From Pseudovirgaria hyperparasitica (taxonomy: Eukaryota), in the NCBI GenBank assembly GCA_010093815.1, contig ML996565.1: DNA of 64,000 nt, one strand, 5' to 3'. Every line of letters begins with the position of its first letter. Within the stretch, counting starts at the first letter, position 1. A model generated the notes under the pieces. The model saw nothing but the letters and a program-made list of their open reading frames with translations. It was not told the origin of the DNA and searched no databases. The position numbers were made by a program, and so were the translations under genes. This document shows positions 36,646-49,954 of this stretch, piece by piece.

Positions 36646-37422
36646 ATGGTATGTTCCGTCCTTTCCCTAAGAAGCCCCTTCCGCGAGCGCGGCGTGCCCA
36701 TGGCTTCTCCTGACGGCCCGAATCAACAACTCAACCTCAGCCCTTCTCCTGGCAACATCACGACGAGTCCTCACTACGCACATCTACACTTCGCTCTTCC
36801 TACAGTACAAACACGATTGCCATCTCCAGTTCTACTCTTCCGTCTCACTTGTGCGCACAATGTCAATGTACGAAAACTCACAAACATCCGCGCAGGCTTC
36901 CACCAACTACAAAGAGGCGTTTCAGCTTTTTGACAAACGCGGCAACGGTCGCGTTGCGCTTGACAGTCTCGGTGATCTTTTGAGAGCCTGTGGACAAAAT
37001 CCTACGTTGTCAGAGATCAAAGACTTGGAAAAGAGCATTGGCGGAGACTGTGAGGCATTATGTGCTAGTTAGAGGACCTTGCTAACGGATATCAACAGTC
37101 GACTTCGACTCTTTCTCCAAAATTCTAAATCGCCCGGGCGGCTTCCGTGACCCTGGTGACCCAGACCAGTACTGCCGCGGCTTCCAGGTTTTCGACAAAG
37201 ATGGCACAGGTTTCATTGGAGTTGGGCAACTCAGATATATCCTTACAAACCTGGGCGAGAAGATGAGCGACGACGAGGTGGATGAACTCCTCAAGGCTGT
37301 GGACACCAGCAGTGGAGAGATCAATTATGCGGGCATGTTTTATCATATACTCCAACGCTATGCGCATCACGGCACGCACTAACATATTCTCAGATCTCGT
37401 ACGAGTAGTCCTCGACAATTAA
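36646..37422 (+). CDS. cdc4: Myosin essential light chain (EF-hand, S. pombe Cdc4/Mlc1-like); 5' exon structure uncertain
   Basis: [67 protein letters not shown]. Proposed ATG-only first exon (accATG|GTATGT) with intron 36649-36895, then introns 37050-37098 and GC-AG 37333-37393. Confidence 0.9.
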
Positions 37423-37821
37423 GCTCGAACATCAGTAAGAATTGATAGGAAGGGTTGAGCATTATCGGTCTTTGGTAACAAGCATTATTCGGGGTATGCA
37501 GGCGTTTGGCCCATGGGTTTGGTTGTCATGAATAATGGGTCTCTATGTCTTGATGGCATGATGCGCTTTCCTCCGTTGGCGCAGTAGCTAGTGGAATACA
37601 AACCTGCAGCATACATCAATAGCTGCTTCACTGCACTACCTCCGCCTCCTACCCTCGTGTTTTGAGCTAGTATCCTCTCCGTTCCTTTTGTCCAGTTCGT
37701 AGCTCCATATAGGAGGACTATGATGTGGCAGCCGCATGCAGAATGTTTCTTTTGGTTCTCTGCGCTTTCAGACCTCACAAAACCAGCTAGTGTTGTCTTG
37801 TATTCAAAACAATGCTAGCGG

Positions 37822-38268
37822 TCAGGTTTCCACTCCCAATCGCACCTCCTGCGTCATGTCCTTGCCGACAATCATATCTTTCGTATCCATGAAACCACCC
37901 GGTAATAAAAACATGACATCATGCCTTCGACCATGTCTCTCTCCTGCTTCTGTGCCCCAATGCGTCCAGTCAAGCTGATATGCAATGACTACTTTGCACC
38001 TTCCACATCGCTGTATCCAACGCTTTTCGAACCCGTCACTCTTCGTTATCACTTGCAGTTTTGCGGTGACAGTGGTCGAGAGAAGTATAGCATAATGGGT
38101 GGTCTCCTCACTTTTGGGTGGAGAAGCGGGTAGCGGTAAGATGAGTGCGCTGTCGAGGGAATTCGAACGTGTAGGCAAAGCCGATGCTGCGGTTGTGCTT
38201 GCGAACAAGAGGTTTGTGCAAAGGCAATGATAGGTATGGATCGGAGTATCGATATCTCCGGATGACAT
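37822..38268 (-). CDS. STEEP1/CXorf56 (UPF0428)-like small Zn-binding protein
   Basis: IHTYHCLC..L......LPTR...LD...IL and GFEKRWIQRCGRC..IAYQ match the recalled family pattern. Intronless, 148 aa. Confidence 0.65.
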   Translation of the reverse strand: MSSGDIDTPIHTYHCLCTNLLFASTTAASALPTRSNSLDSALILPLPASPPKSEETTHYAILLSTTVTAKLQVITKSDGFEKRWIQRCGRCKVVIAYQLDWTHWGTEAGERHGRRHDVMFLLPGGFMDTKDMIVGKDMTQEVRLGVET

Positions 38269-38922
38269 TCTTGATGTCGTTCAGAATGTCCTACTCGTGA
38301 GAGTGAAGAAGTTGCGCCCTTGATAAAAAAGTGGCGCGTGAGGGGGGGCCAAGGTATTCTAGCCGCCACATAATAACCTGCAGCTTTATAGAATAGGATT
38401 CTTGTAAACAAGAAATCAAATGAGGAGCGTATAGAATAGATCCCTGCAGAGATTGGTAGAGTTCATTGAGCTTATAACGCATGAGCCACAAGTCGTATCG
38501 ATTGGCGCACTTTGGAATGGGCTACGTCAACCGGGGACCTTGACTTTTGAAATTCAAGTTTCAACAATAAAATTTACCTGTTTGATATGGAAACTATGTC
38601 CTACGATCATGCTAGCAATGCCTGGTACAATAAAGCCCAACATAATGGCTGACGAATATATGGATGCGGCGGCCCTCCTGGCTTTCGCCTAGAACCTTCC
38701 ATTCACGCGATTCGACAGCATGTGTAGCTGAGTATCACGTCCTTGCATAACACTACTTCAGTAATAGCATTTTGTGAGGAATGAACACAAGGGAACGGTC
38801 AGAGTTTACATTTTCCAATAGTGAGATTCAACCTGCTCGCTTCCATACCGATACACGACTTCGCACGCTCTTCGACCCAGCCTTACTGTTGACGGCCTCC
38901 GCTCCTAGCCACTGGATCCAAT

Positions 38923-40139
38923 ATGTCGTGGCAGGCAGAAGAACTCAAAGAGAAGGGAAATGCCTATTTCAAGAAGGGCGAGTGGGCATCAGCCGAGACG
39001 TTATACTCCCAGGCTATACAGAAGAACAGCAGTAATCCTCTGCTTTATACCAACCGCGCAAACTCGAGGCTTAAGCTGGAGAGTTGGAGAGATGCGATAG
39101 ATGATTGTCTCAGGAGTATAGAGCTTATGCAGGAGAACATGAAGGCGTACTTCTACCTGGGTATGTACATTCTTCATCCAGGGTCTGCAAGGATGGGTAT
39201 TCTTCATGAGCATACGCGATGATTGCTCTCAAGGGCACATTCTAGTCCATGCAACTTAGGACTACTATGAGCTTCTCTGATCGCCATGAATCTCCTCTCC
39301 TCTTGTGGAACGGCTGTGATTACGCTGTCCCAGTGAGATCTACGCAACATGTATGAGATCCGCGGGGGCTCTGGCAAAGAGACAAAAGTCCATTTCGCGA
39401 GTGCTACCAGGACAAGAACGTTGTCCTTACGTCAAGGAAGACCCAACTAACAGCTGTTCTCAGCCCAAGCTCAAATCTCCATAAATCATCCTAATGAAGC
39501 CTTGTCTTCCGCGCTCATGGCGTACGAGATGTGTAGTCGTTCCAAACAGCAGACCAACAACGCCCAGACCATATCGGCGCTTGTCCTACGATGCAAGAAG
39601 GCGAAATGGGAAATTCGTGAACGCGACCGGCTACGAAGACGAAGCGTAGTACTTGGGGATCTCATGCAGAAGCTCGAGATCGACAAGAAGCGAGACCTTG
39701 ACGAACTAGACGAGAGGGTAGCAAAAGGTGGGGTGGGTAAAATTGAGGCATCAGAAGAGAGAGCTGATATCGAGAAAAACGCTTCGAATCGAATGGGTGA
39801 CCTACAAACAGCGTTTGCAATATCAAATCCGAAAGAGCTAGCAATTAGGGAGGTGCCTGACTGGCTGATTGACCCGATAACGTTTGAAATTATGCATGAC
39901 CGTAAGTCGAGGCAAAAGGATGTCTAGCAACGGCACCGCTGACTGTGCTGGTAGCCGTAATTACCAAAAATGGTAATTCATATGAACGAGCCACGATAAT
40001 TGAGCATCTGAAGAGGAGCGCAACTGATCCCCTTACCCGTGAGATTCTCACGATCAATGACCTGAGGCCTAATATTGCTTTACGTCACGCATGTCAGGAG
40101 TTTATGGAACAGAATTCAGGATGGGTGTACGATTGGTAG
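38923..40139 (+). CDS. STUB1: TPR plus U-box E3 ubiquitin ligase, CHIP/STUB1-like (exons 38923-39160, 39464-39901, 39955-40139)
   Basis: TPR: AEELKEKGNAYFKKG..YSQAI..LYTNRA. U-box: EVPDWLIDPITFEIMHDPVITKNGNSYERATIIEHL..DPLTRE..LRPNIALR. Introns 39161-39463 and 39902-39954. Confidence 0.92.
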
Positions 40140-40613
40140 AGCCCCGAGCTGACTGATATCTCATTCAAATATTTGAATAGCGCTCACTTTTTGCTCTGCC
40201 TTGTACATGCTGGCAAAGCGCCTCCAACATCAAGCTTCCTGAGCATTCATATTTCAATTGATATACCCCGCCTCCTCATTAGTATAGGTTTTTCGAACAT
40301 GCTCGAAAGTTCCTTGCGACAAAGCTATTTTATGACTTTTCTACACTCAAACGATTTAATTGAATTGAACCCTATGACATTGCAACGTTACTTTTATGGC
40401 CCTTCTGACATGCAGGGTCAGGTTATTTTTATTTCGGGCTTGCTACAAGGATCGGTACCTACCTAACACCATACCACAGCCGCGCCGCGCTAAAGAAGTG
40501 GGGCCAGGTCAACACCAAAGCTCTCAAGGAGACAGAACGTTGATCTAGACACCAACATAACACAACAGCTCTATAGCCATTCCTCTGTCGCACTCACGAC
40601 TCCGACAGCAATC

Positions 40614-41973
40614 ATGGACAAGTTTCAAGCTTTCGGCAAGAACATCTCGTACGCTCCCCTTCTAATCACAGCTAGCAGCAGCGGCTTGCGACATGTCGGA
40701 GCTCTCAGCCTCCTTATCGTGATCTAATGCTGATCTGGTGTCTATTTAGGGCGTCGTTCACGCCATGGGCTGGAAGGACGCAACAATACCTGAAGGAACA
40801 GATGGGTCAATCAGAAGATAAGGTATGGATTCCTGAAAGGACCTCAGCATCCAAGGTGGGCTGCATGTGATTGCTAATTGCATATCGATGCAGACGCAGC
40901 TCCCCCCGGATTACATCGATCTTGAAAAGAGAGTTGATGCTCTCAAGGCAGTCCACCAGAAGATGCTTGCTGTGACGTATGTATTTCTTCAACTGGACGT
41001 CCTTTCATGCGCGGAACAAGCCCTGACCTCGCCGCTACAGCTCCCAATATACTCATGAAGCATATGACTACCCAACGAATCTCCGGGAATCCTTCAATGA
41101 CCTTGGACGCACTGTCTCCGAGAAGGTCAACCTCCTCTCCAATGCCACTTCACCCGCTGAGGCCCAAGCCGCTTTGACAGCCCCTCCCTCCGCAAAGCCT
41201 CAGCCAAAGACGTTCTCGCATGCCCTCGCTCGCGCATCTCTCAACAGCTCCACAGTTCTTGCGGCCGATCACAGTGGTGCTGGCGAAGACCCTCTTGGTA
41301 CGGCACTTGAGAAGTACGCTGTTGCATCCGAGAAGGTCGGTGAGGCACGCCTCGCACAAGATGCTCAGATACAGAGCCGATTCTTGGCCGGCTGGAGCAC
41401 CACCTTGAACACAAACCTGATGTTTGCGCAACGCGCAAGGAAAAGCGTCGAGAATGCGCGACTGAATCTTGATGCTGTCAAGGCACGGGCCAAAGGTGTA
41501 GGCTTCGCTCTGCCAGGCCAGAAGAAGGAGGATCATTTGGATGAATCGCAGCTGAGCGACGAGGCGCGGGCACAGATTGAGCAAGCCGAGGATGAATTTG
41601 TTGCTCAGACTGAGGAGGCTGTGGGTGTCATGAAGAACGTGAGTAATCAGTGAAGTCCTCAGGCGTATTGGAACTAATCACAGTCGAATAGGTCCTAGAC
41701 ACCCCCGAGCCACTCCGCAACCTCGCAGATCTCATCGCTGCTCAGCTCGAGTACCACAAGAAGGCCTACGAGATACTCTCTGAACTGGCACCCGTCGTGG
41801 ACCAGCTGCAAGTCGAGCAGGAGGTTGGTCGTGCCCAGACTTTCTCCACCTAGTCCTCTGCGTCATAGCTTTCCAGTTGTTCGCTAGTCCACACATATAG
41901 AAAGAATAGACCGCTAACATACATTCTTACACAATATCAGGCCAGCTACCGCAAGAGCCGTGAAGGGGCATGA
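40614..41973 (+). CDS. GVP36: BAR-domain protein Gvp36 (6 exons)
   Basis: MDKFQAFGKNIS..KTQLPPDYIDLEKRVDALK..YDYPTNLRESFNDLGRT..QPKTFSHALARA..VENARLNLDA..EQAEDEFVAQTEEAVGVMKNVLDTPEPLRNL. Introns 40649-40749, 40823-40893, 40977-41040, 41639-41691, 41825-41940. Confidence 0.9.
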
Positions 41974-42189
41974 ACAACTCCATCGCCCAGCGTCCACTCA
42001 TACATACGATGAATCAGCACGGCTCGGAGCCCAGTACTCAGGTCCGTTTCCGATTTGCCCTCCAGCGGTCGGAGTGCTCCGAGACGCAGGCCTAGGATCA
42101 GGATTGCCCTTTCATTTCCGTCCTGTGGCGGCTGACCCCAGGCTTTTCATTTCTCTATACTATCCCTTCCTCTCTACTGTTGGGCTTAC

Positions 42190-43820
42190 TGATTGATTGA
42201 TTGATTGATTGATCGACTAAGTGCACCTGCGTCTATTGTTTCCTGCTTGTCATCATGAACTACTTAGTCCATGCCTCGCCCCCTTGTCCTGTAGTACAAT
42301 ATACTTGGTATATACTAGGTTCCCCTTGCCGCAGACTCCAGGGAATGTGTTGTATAGCTTGTCTATAGCGGACTCTTGTAATCCCGAATCCCCCTCCCCC
42401 TGGATAACCTTGTCCGTCGTCCACCATGACTTGCGCTGCTTGCCTATTACTACCGCCTCGTCCGAGTCTAACAGAACACAGCTATCTAACGAGAGAGTGG
42501 GAAACGCAGCGCTATGTCCGTCGTCCGTCTTATCACCCTGCGTCGTATACGTTTACCTACTATGTGTAGATGCTCTGTCCCCCTTCCCCACGCCGGTGTC
42601 AATGTTTTACGGGCGTGTGTGTGTGTGTGTGTGTGTGACGCCTGCCGTCTCACCCTGCCCTGCCCCCATGTATCCATCCCCTGTCTGGTGTCTGACACTT
42701 CCTTGGTTTCGTTGGTCCCCCCTCCCCTCTCCTCCGGCAGGGGGCAAAGGGAAAGGGGAGAGAAGTACCACTTCTGCACGACCACCACTACTACCACTAC
42801 CATAAAGCCCCCTGAGTATTATCCAATTTCTCTGCATATGTATATACGCCTTTCGTCGTAATTCGGTTCCTGGGGCTGCTGTGGGTGTGGGAGTGGTTGC
42901 GGGTGGTTGCGGGAGTGCGGGTTGTGGCTGGCTTTGAAGGTTGCGATGTTCGTTTGTGGCTGTCTGTGGGTTCATCTGGGTTGGGTGATTGGGGTTAGGA
43001 ATGTGCTTTGGGTTTGGGGTACTGTGGACATGTGTAGATGTGTAGCTGTGTAGATGTGGAGATGTGTAGATGTGTAGATGTGTAGATGTGTAGATGTGTA
43101 GATGTGAGTTTGAGGCTTGAGGCTTGAGGCTTGCGGGAAGGTGAAGAGGAGGGGGAGGAGGGAGGTGTATGGGAGTGTTGGTTAGGCCGATATTCAAGGA
43201 GTGTGTTCAAAGGCGAGATTTTATTTATTTGTTTACTTGGGTACTTGTTTACTAGTGTGTTGCTGTACTCGTCCATCCGTTCGTCAAAACACACACTCAT
43301 AATCCGAACTAAACACACACAAACATCCAGCCCTCCTCCCTCAACCCTAATCCCTCAATCCTTCCCTATCCTACTACCTACCTACCTACCTACCAACTAC
43401 CCATTCCCAAATCCCAATCCAAATCTCCTCATCCACATCCCCCTATAATTCCCCCCCGCCCCAAATCCCCCACCTCGCCTTCTTTCTTCTCCCTCTTTTT
43501 TCCCCTTATCCAGCTCCGTTGCCCACATATAAAAGCATATATAACGTAGTATACATGCTACTTTTAACATCTTCAATACTTCCAAACTGCGCAGAGGGCA
43601 CTAGCACCATGACTAAGATCATGTATCATGTATCATGTATCATACGATGACTGGATTTGGATGTATGGCTGTGTTCAATGTGTCAGGGTATGATGGTGGG
43701 GGTGTTTATGCGGGAGTTTGTATGCACATGGATGTTTATTTTTTTGGATGGGTATGTGGGTATGTTTATGGGTATGAGTATGAGTATGGCGGATAGGTGC
43801 ATAGGTGCATAGGTGATGGG
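42190..43820. repeat. Cluster of diverse microsatellites
   Basis: (TGAT)6 42190-42213; (GT)11 42615-42637; (GATGTGTA)~10 43029-43106; (TGAGGCT)3 43111-43131; also (CCTA)n, (ATCATGT)n and (ATAGGTGC)n tracts. Confidence 0.9.
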
Positions 43821-45042
43821 ATGGGTGGTGGTTTTGTTTGGGTTCAGATTAGTTGAATTATTTAGATGAGTTGGAGTAGTTACTTAGTGCTAGAATAGGG
43901 ATGAGGATGATTGGGAGGGTTTAGATAAATAGATAGGCAGTTTCATTGTGGGGGAGGGGGGATAGGGAAAGAGGATGGAGTGAGGGTCTGGGATGGACGA
44001 GACGAGCCGGTGGAGGGTGCGGGAGGAAGTAAGGGGTTTCGGGGGTTTGGGCGGGGGGGTGGTAGTTCTAAGGAAAGGGATGGGATGGGATATAGTGCAA
44101 TGGAGCAAGGGAGGGGGAGGAAAAGGGTTGTTTACGGTTCAGGTTTGCGCGGAGATAGAGATATAGAGGAAGACAGAATGTGGAGACGTAGTGGTGTCAT
44201 TGAATGTGTATGCTGAGTCGAGAAGATTGCGATGATGTTGTCGATGATACTATTGGGAACGATGGGGCGAGTGGTATGGCATGCATATGAGAGATGAGCT
44301 GGTAAGTATAGGCTTGCGTCATCAGAAATATTGCGTCAAAGCGTCCTCAGTCTGTATTTGGAATATGTATCGAAGGTATGACAGCCCGTTCTGGTTGTGG
44401 TGGGTGGACTGTGCACTTGCAATTTGACGAATTTCATGCGACGGGTAAAGCGCCCTGAAGATATTAGCCAAAAGAAAAGTGCACAGACGGTCCCAGATCC
44501 ACGCGGCAATACCAGGGTATGGTGGAAAAAGATAATGAGAGAATTGGATAAAATTATGCATTGAATGTTAAAAGTTGATCGCAAGACCTGTTGTTCCCCT
44601 TTAGCCGTAATTTCTGGCTCAAATCAAGCCTTTGCCTCGCCGGGCCGCGCGGTCCGATGTTCCGCATGTTATGCATTTTGATGTGACCGAAGATAACATG
44701 AAGATGGGTCTCCATCATGCAGATAATACAGTGTATAGGTGAAGGTGGAAGATGGAAGAAAATAAAGGGGGGGTATGTTCAAGAAACAGTAATAATACAA
44801 TGGTCCATTGTGCTCGTCGACGCAATTCTCGCTCACCGTTCATGTCGTTAAAATGCCGTGATAAGTGTGTCGCATAGTATAGTCGCAAAGGTAATTCCGA
44901 GGCGCAGTGATGCTTCAATCGTTCTGATGATCGCTCCGTAACGAAAGACAGAATGAAATAGTCCCCGGATGGTACTAAAGTGACGTGTCTTGGTGGTATA
45001 GACAGAGTGTGTGGCCTTTTATTTATTGGCAAGATCATCTCC

Positions 45043-47452
45043 CTAGTTGCCAGTGTAACCATCGGCCGAGTGGTCCCATCTGAGAGGACTGTCCTCGAAT
45101 GCAGGCTCACTCGATCCCTCACTTCCAAATGTGAACTCTGGCGATGCCACACCATCGTAACCAAAATTGTTTGCTTGCTTCCCCCTCTTGCGCGAACTTG
45201 TCAGCCTAAGATTGCCAAAGACACCCTGTAGAGTTTCAAGGTCCTCGCTGGTCACGGAATTACGCTCGGCCGTAAAGTTGCGAAGCTCTTTTATGATGGG
45301 TGGACAGGTCTCGACGTCAGGAAGCCACCAGGCGGTCATGTCCGTTCCCCAGATAGCAGTCATCCTCTCACGGAATCCCCTTGGGTATATGTATCTGTGC
45401 AATCATTCAGTCAAAAGATTCTGCGATATGGAGGCGAGGGAGTCAGTGTTACGCACCCGTTCATCTCGATCGTGGCCAATTTCTGACGGCACCACATCTT
45501 AGTACGTTCATCTTCATCTAGGAGCAAGCATCCAAGCGCAAAGCTTGCTTGCGCATCAATGATTGCACCTAAAGGAGCTCCCGGATACAGTTCTATGGCT
45601 TCGAAAAGCTGGGCCGACTTGTAGGCTTTGTCGATAAGTTCGAGATTCTTGGTTGGGACCCCTGTCATTTGCGACAAGGCCATGTGAAACATGAGTTCTA
45701 TAGCCCAAATGTCAATCATAATGAGGTTCGTAACCCATCGCTCCGGCCCGTAAAGAATCCTAGGCTCGTAAGGATCTACAATCTCCGTGTTCAAAGCTGG
45801 TACCCCTGAGAACTTATTGATCAGATATCGAGGATCTGTCAACGTAGGGTTCAGTTCTGAAGGCCACCTGGCAAACTTTTGCATAAGGTCAGCAACTTTG
45901 CTCTCGAATTCATGAGCCGGTCTGTCACGAGGCTGATCCTTGTCGAAAAGGATGGCATATTCGCCAGCTAGTAGTCGTGAGTAAGCGAAGCGCTCTTCGT
46001 ACAGTACTGCGATATCGTCCGGCTTTTCAATGGCTTTTGCAGCCAGCCACTCATGTTGTGCGACCAGCCACTCATGCCCTAAACTAGTTCTCGTCGCGGT
46101 CTGCAAAGCCAAGAATAGGTCAAAGCGGACATACCACTGGAGCGTTTTCCGAAGTGAGTTTGACTTCTGCATTTCCACGGGAGTGTAAAGAGTAGTCAGT
46201 ATGTGTCGCGCGGCGTTGATGTGGCCCTTTAAGTTGCCCCAGTCTCCAAGGACCTCCTGAAGCTTGTTAGTCAAGATATCCCAAAAAAAGAAAACGCCAA
46301 CGCCCGTCACTTGCCTCAATGCTTGCCAATTGTAAGACGGTCCAAAGTGTAGCAATGGTATGTGTATGCTTTTTCTGTATCGAGGTACGAAGACAACTGA
46401 CAGACTCATGATAGTATTTGAGAAAGCCTGCTAACTTACCATTTGGTTTGCCAAGTGTATGGTGGTATGCAGCGAAACCGACTATGGCATAGAGAAGAGC
46501 AGCATTCTTCTGAGTCATCTCGAGTAGAGTCTTTGTATAGAAGTGCTCCGCATCATATTTCATTGCGTAGTGATGGCAGGTTATGTTGTTCTTGTAGTAA
46601 TCAAGATAGAAACGCATGTCGGAGGTTATTTCACCATCAGGCTCAGGATCTCCGGTAACCTTGACAGTTTGTCGGCTCTGTTGTCTAGATGGTACGGGCC
46701 GTTTCGAAGGTGGCTGGCCCGAGTTCTCAGTTGATGGTGATGGCCCTTCGTCTGCCGTGAGTGAAGGAGGGTAGGAGTTCTCTCGAGACTGCGATTGACT
46801 TTCGGGGGAAAATTTACTATCCACGGCGCTTTCGGGCTTGACAGTGACATCCTCCTCTCCATCGTCTGGAATGGTAGGTAGTCCATCATTGCTCTCTACC
46901 ATCACATCTTCCTCACCAGAAGAGAGGTTTTCTACGAAACCCTTGACTTTACTGGACTTTCCCGATTTACCGGCTGGTGTGGGCTCTGGATAAACACATT
47001 CTCTATTGCCTTTCTTGCAGCCTGCCATGTCCGTGTCAGCACTTGATTCATGAATTAGGAAGATGGTCACGAACGATCACACGTTGGATGACCTTCGTCA
47101 CACTGTGGTAATTAGCCTGGATTCGATGCAATTTGACATTCTAATAACCTACCTTGACCCTTCTGCTTCTGCAAGTGAAGCAACCGCTCCGAGTTCGACG
47201 GTGTTTGACGTGTTCATTGCCCGTCGATTGTCGTCTTCGGATCCGAACTTGACCAGCTTGAGCCGGAAGAATTGTTTGAGTTGCGTCGTCGTATCCGACG
47301 TAAGACCCATGTAGACTATCCGCTGATGACGACTGGAGGAGCTGATGATTCGGTATATAGGCCTCTGGGATGCCTTGAGACAAGCTCTGGTGATCGTTTT
47401 GGATAGGATAGTACGGATTGTAGTTGTACGGTGGATATCCATACCCCGCCAT
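45043..47452 (-). CDS. Zn(II)2Cys6 transcription factor with C-terminal fungal-specific TF domain (5 exons)
   Basis: HRRTRSGCFTCRSRRVK|CDEGHPTCDR|CKKGNRECVYP assembled via introns 47152-47103 and 47074-47022. LLYAIVGFAAYHH and LQLASIE|EVLGDW are joined via GC-AG intron 46314-46257. Last intron 45456-45395. Confidence 0.92.
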
Positions 47453-49954
47453 ACCGATTATCAAGGAGCTAAGAATGCCGTAGATCGAAAGGTGTAATGA
47501 AAGAGAGTGATCAAGCAGGCCAGAGAAGCGAATGTCATGCAGTTGAGAATCTCCGTCAGATGCAAGAGGCGAGACCACACAACGTCGACGCAGCGATCTT
47601 GGAAGGCGTTCTGAGAGTCTGGTGTGAGTGCGACGAGCAACCCGAGCAACTGTATCGATTTGACAACAGTCCGTGATGGTCTTAGAAGTAGGAGCTCCCC
47701 TGTTAGTCTTTCAGCGCAGGCCACCACCCGGCTATAGTCACCCCAGGCAAAGACGCGCCCTGACAGGCCGAAAGTCCAGCGAGACGCTCGGGTACAGTCC
47801 GAGAGTCTGACTAGGGGCTTCTGAGAGACTCTGGTAAGTCTGTGTGTATGTCTGTATTTCTTGACTTGTTGTTGTAGAAAAGCTGAAGTAAAGAGAAGTT
47901 GACTTGAAAATGCTGCTGAGGCGTGTATAGTCAGATCTGTCGAAACAGATGAAGTTAACAGTTTCGTCAAGGTAACAAATTTGATAAACCTGAATCTTGG
48001 TAGTAAATAAAGAAGGAAGGTGTCTATACGGTTCGGATGATATGGGAGATCAGGTGTGCTAGTTCGTGCCTCTCGTGGATGGTAGTGGGATCAAAAAAGC
48101 TGGACAGCGGAATCAAGCGAATAGTATAATCAAAGGGAAGAATGTAGATACATCCTAGACGCGAAGATCAACGACTGGAGGTTGTTATAGTCTTCGGAGG
48201 ATGTCCGTTTGTGAGAGAAGCCCCAAAAGATGATTTGAAAGGACAGGGTACGGCAAGCCTTGACGAGGAGGCCAGTCCACAGGCGACCAGGGTCAGGATC
48301 TGGAGATCGGAGAGCCTTTAATGCTACTTGCGCTCGGCCAGTGAGGATAAAACAGTGAAATCCTAGTCGAAGATCCTGGTTCAGTATTGCTGCTGCGAGT
48401 GTATATACGAGGAGTGGTCGTCGTACTGACTTCGGACAGGCGGGGCAGCGCAGCTCTGCTTGGAGTGATCAATCGCCAGTCTAGTGGAGCATCCTCTGGG
48501 GGCCAGATCTGGTTCCAAATCAGAGAAATAGTGTCGTAGTCAAGAATTAGGACACTTGGAGGCTATGAAGGATATGAAGGCACTGTAGAGATAAAGCCCG
48601 GTATCCCCCAAATGATGGATCAGTGTTGAGTGTGAAGAGGTGGAGCTTCTCTTGGGAAGATGCTTTTTTAGTGTGAGAAACCCAAAAGAAACGGGAGCTC
48701 AGTTTAGGAGGTGTCCTGTTCGACCGTCGAGGTGGAGCGTGCACGCGTAGCTAAATTCACACCAAGCCGATTGAGAGATAAAAGGGCAAAAGGCTCTAAT
48801 TGTTATGGCGTACGTATAGTGCGGAGGAAGGTAAAGTTGGAGTGTCAGACCTTCGAGTCAGAAATTACAGCTACGTACTATGGCAAGCACAAGCACCAAG
48901 TTCTCGGGCTTTTGACAAGGCAGGCAGATCGTGTACAACGTCCAGTCTTCTCTTACAATTCTCAAGTGTTTCTCCGCTTGGTTTAGGCGTTCCTTGTAGG
49001 TTCGTGATGATGGATAGTTGGTCGCACAGCACCAATGATGATGGGTGGAATAGCCCAAACGCGTTTAGGAGAGAGCAAGGCGTGCTTCAGACGCCGAACA
49101 AGGTGATTATTTCTTCAAGTTCCAGATCTCACAGATGCATCGACGTAGGAATACAGTCTAGGATGGCGAGACTTGGACAGCTGCAGGACTTAGCTACAGG
49201 GCGCGTGGGTGAGATGAAAGCAGGCATTGCGCCGATGCATCAGCATGACCAGTGGAACAGATATTGGAACAGGGCTGGAGATAGAGAGAGTCTGCAAGGA
49301 CGGGAAGAGGCAGAAATGGACCAGCTGGAATCAAGGGGCGCCACGACATCAGGGGTCGTACTGGGACCTGATCCCCAGCTTTTGGCTCACACGATTGAAC
49401 AGGAAAGGCGGAAAAGGTTTGCGAGATGGAAGGGTTCAAAGGAGTGATCCACATACGACAGATGCCGCAGAACAAGCCACAATCGTAAAAGCAAGTTGGA
49501 GGTGGTATTAAGTCATGAGGGTTGTGTTTGATATCTCTCCCTCTCTGCACACAGCCAGAACTCACTGTTGTCGTTGTCTAGAATTGGTGTTGACGACCGT
49601 TGAACTTAGCGCCGGCTTATGGAGCATACGTCAAGTTCAAAGACAGGTTCTGGAAGAATAAGAGCGGTCTTAAGGCCGGGTATCGATGGCCTACGACGAT
49701 ACAACAGGACCAACACACTCGAGAGTGCAGCAGGAACAGGGGTATAGTGACATAGGGGGGCATAGTATGTAGGGGGGGCACAACAGACAGACATCACAGG
49801 GCTGGCACGGCCACTATACTCGTCCGGAGACATGCTGCAGGGAAGATGAGTGCCGCATTTATTTACTTGGTATTACCTATTACCCTCCTACGTCGACGGT
49901 AAAGTAGGGAATTGTATCTACTACTACTATGGAATTCGTCAACTGAAGCTGAAG

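Noticed and set aside
38690..38701. GAAnnTTC heat-shock-element-like site upstream of CHIP
   Set aside because: Only two pentamer units; too common to call.
42221..43448. Overlapping 105-196 aa ORFs on both strands
   Set aside because: Produced by stop-poor microsatellite sequence.
48800..49447. 215-aa plus-strand ORF
   Set aside because: No domain; probably the stop-poor antisense of the C6 factor's upstream or leader region.
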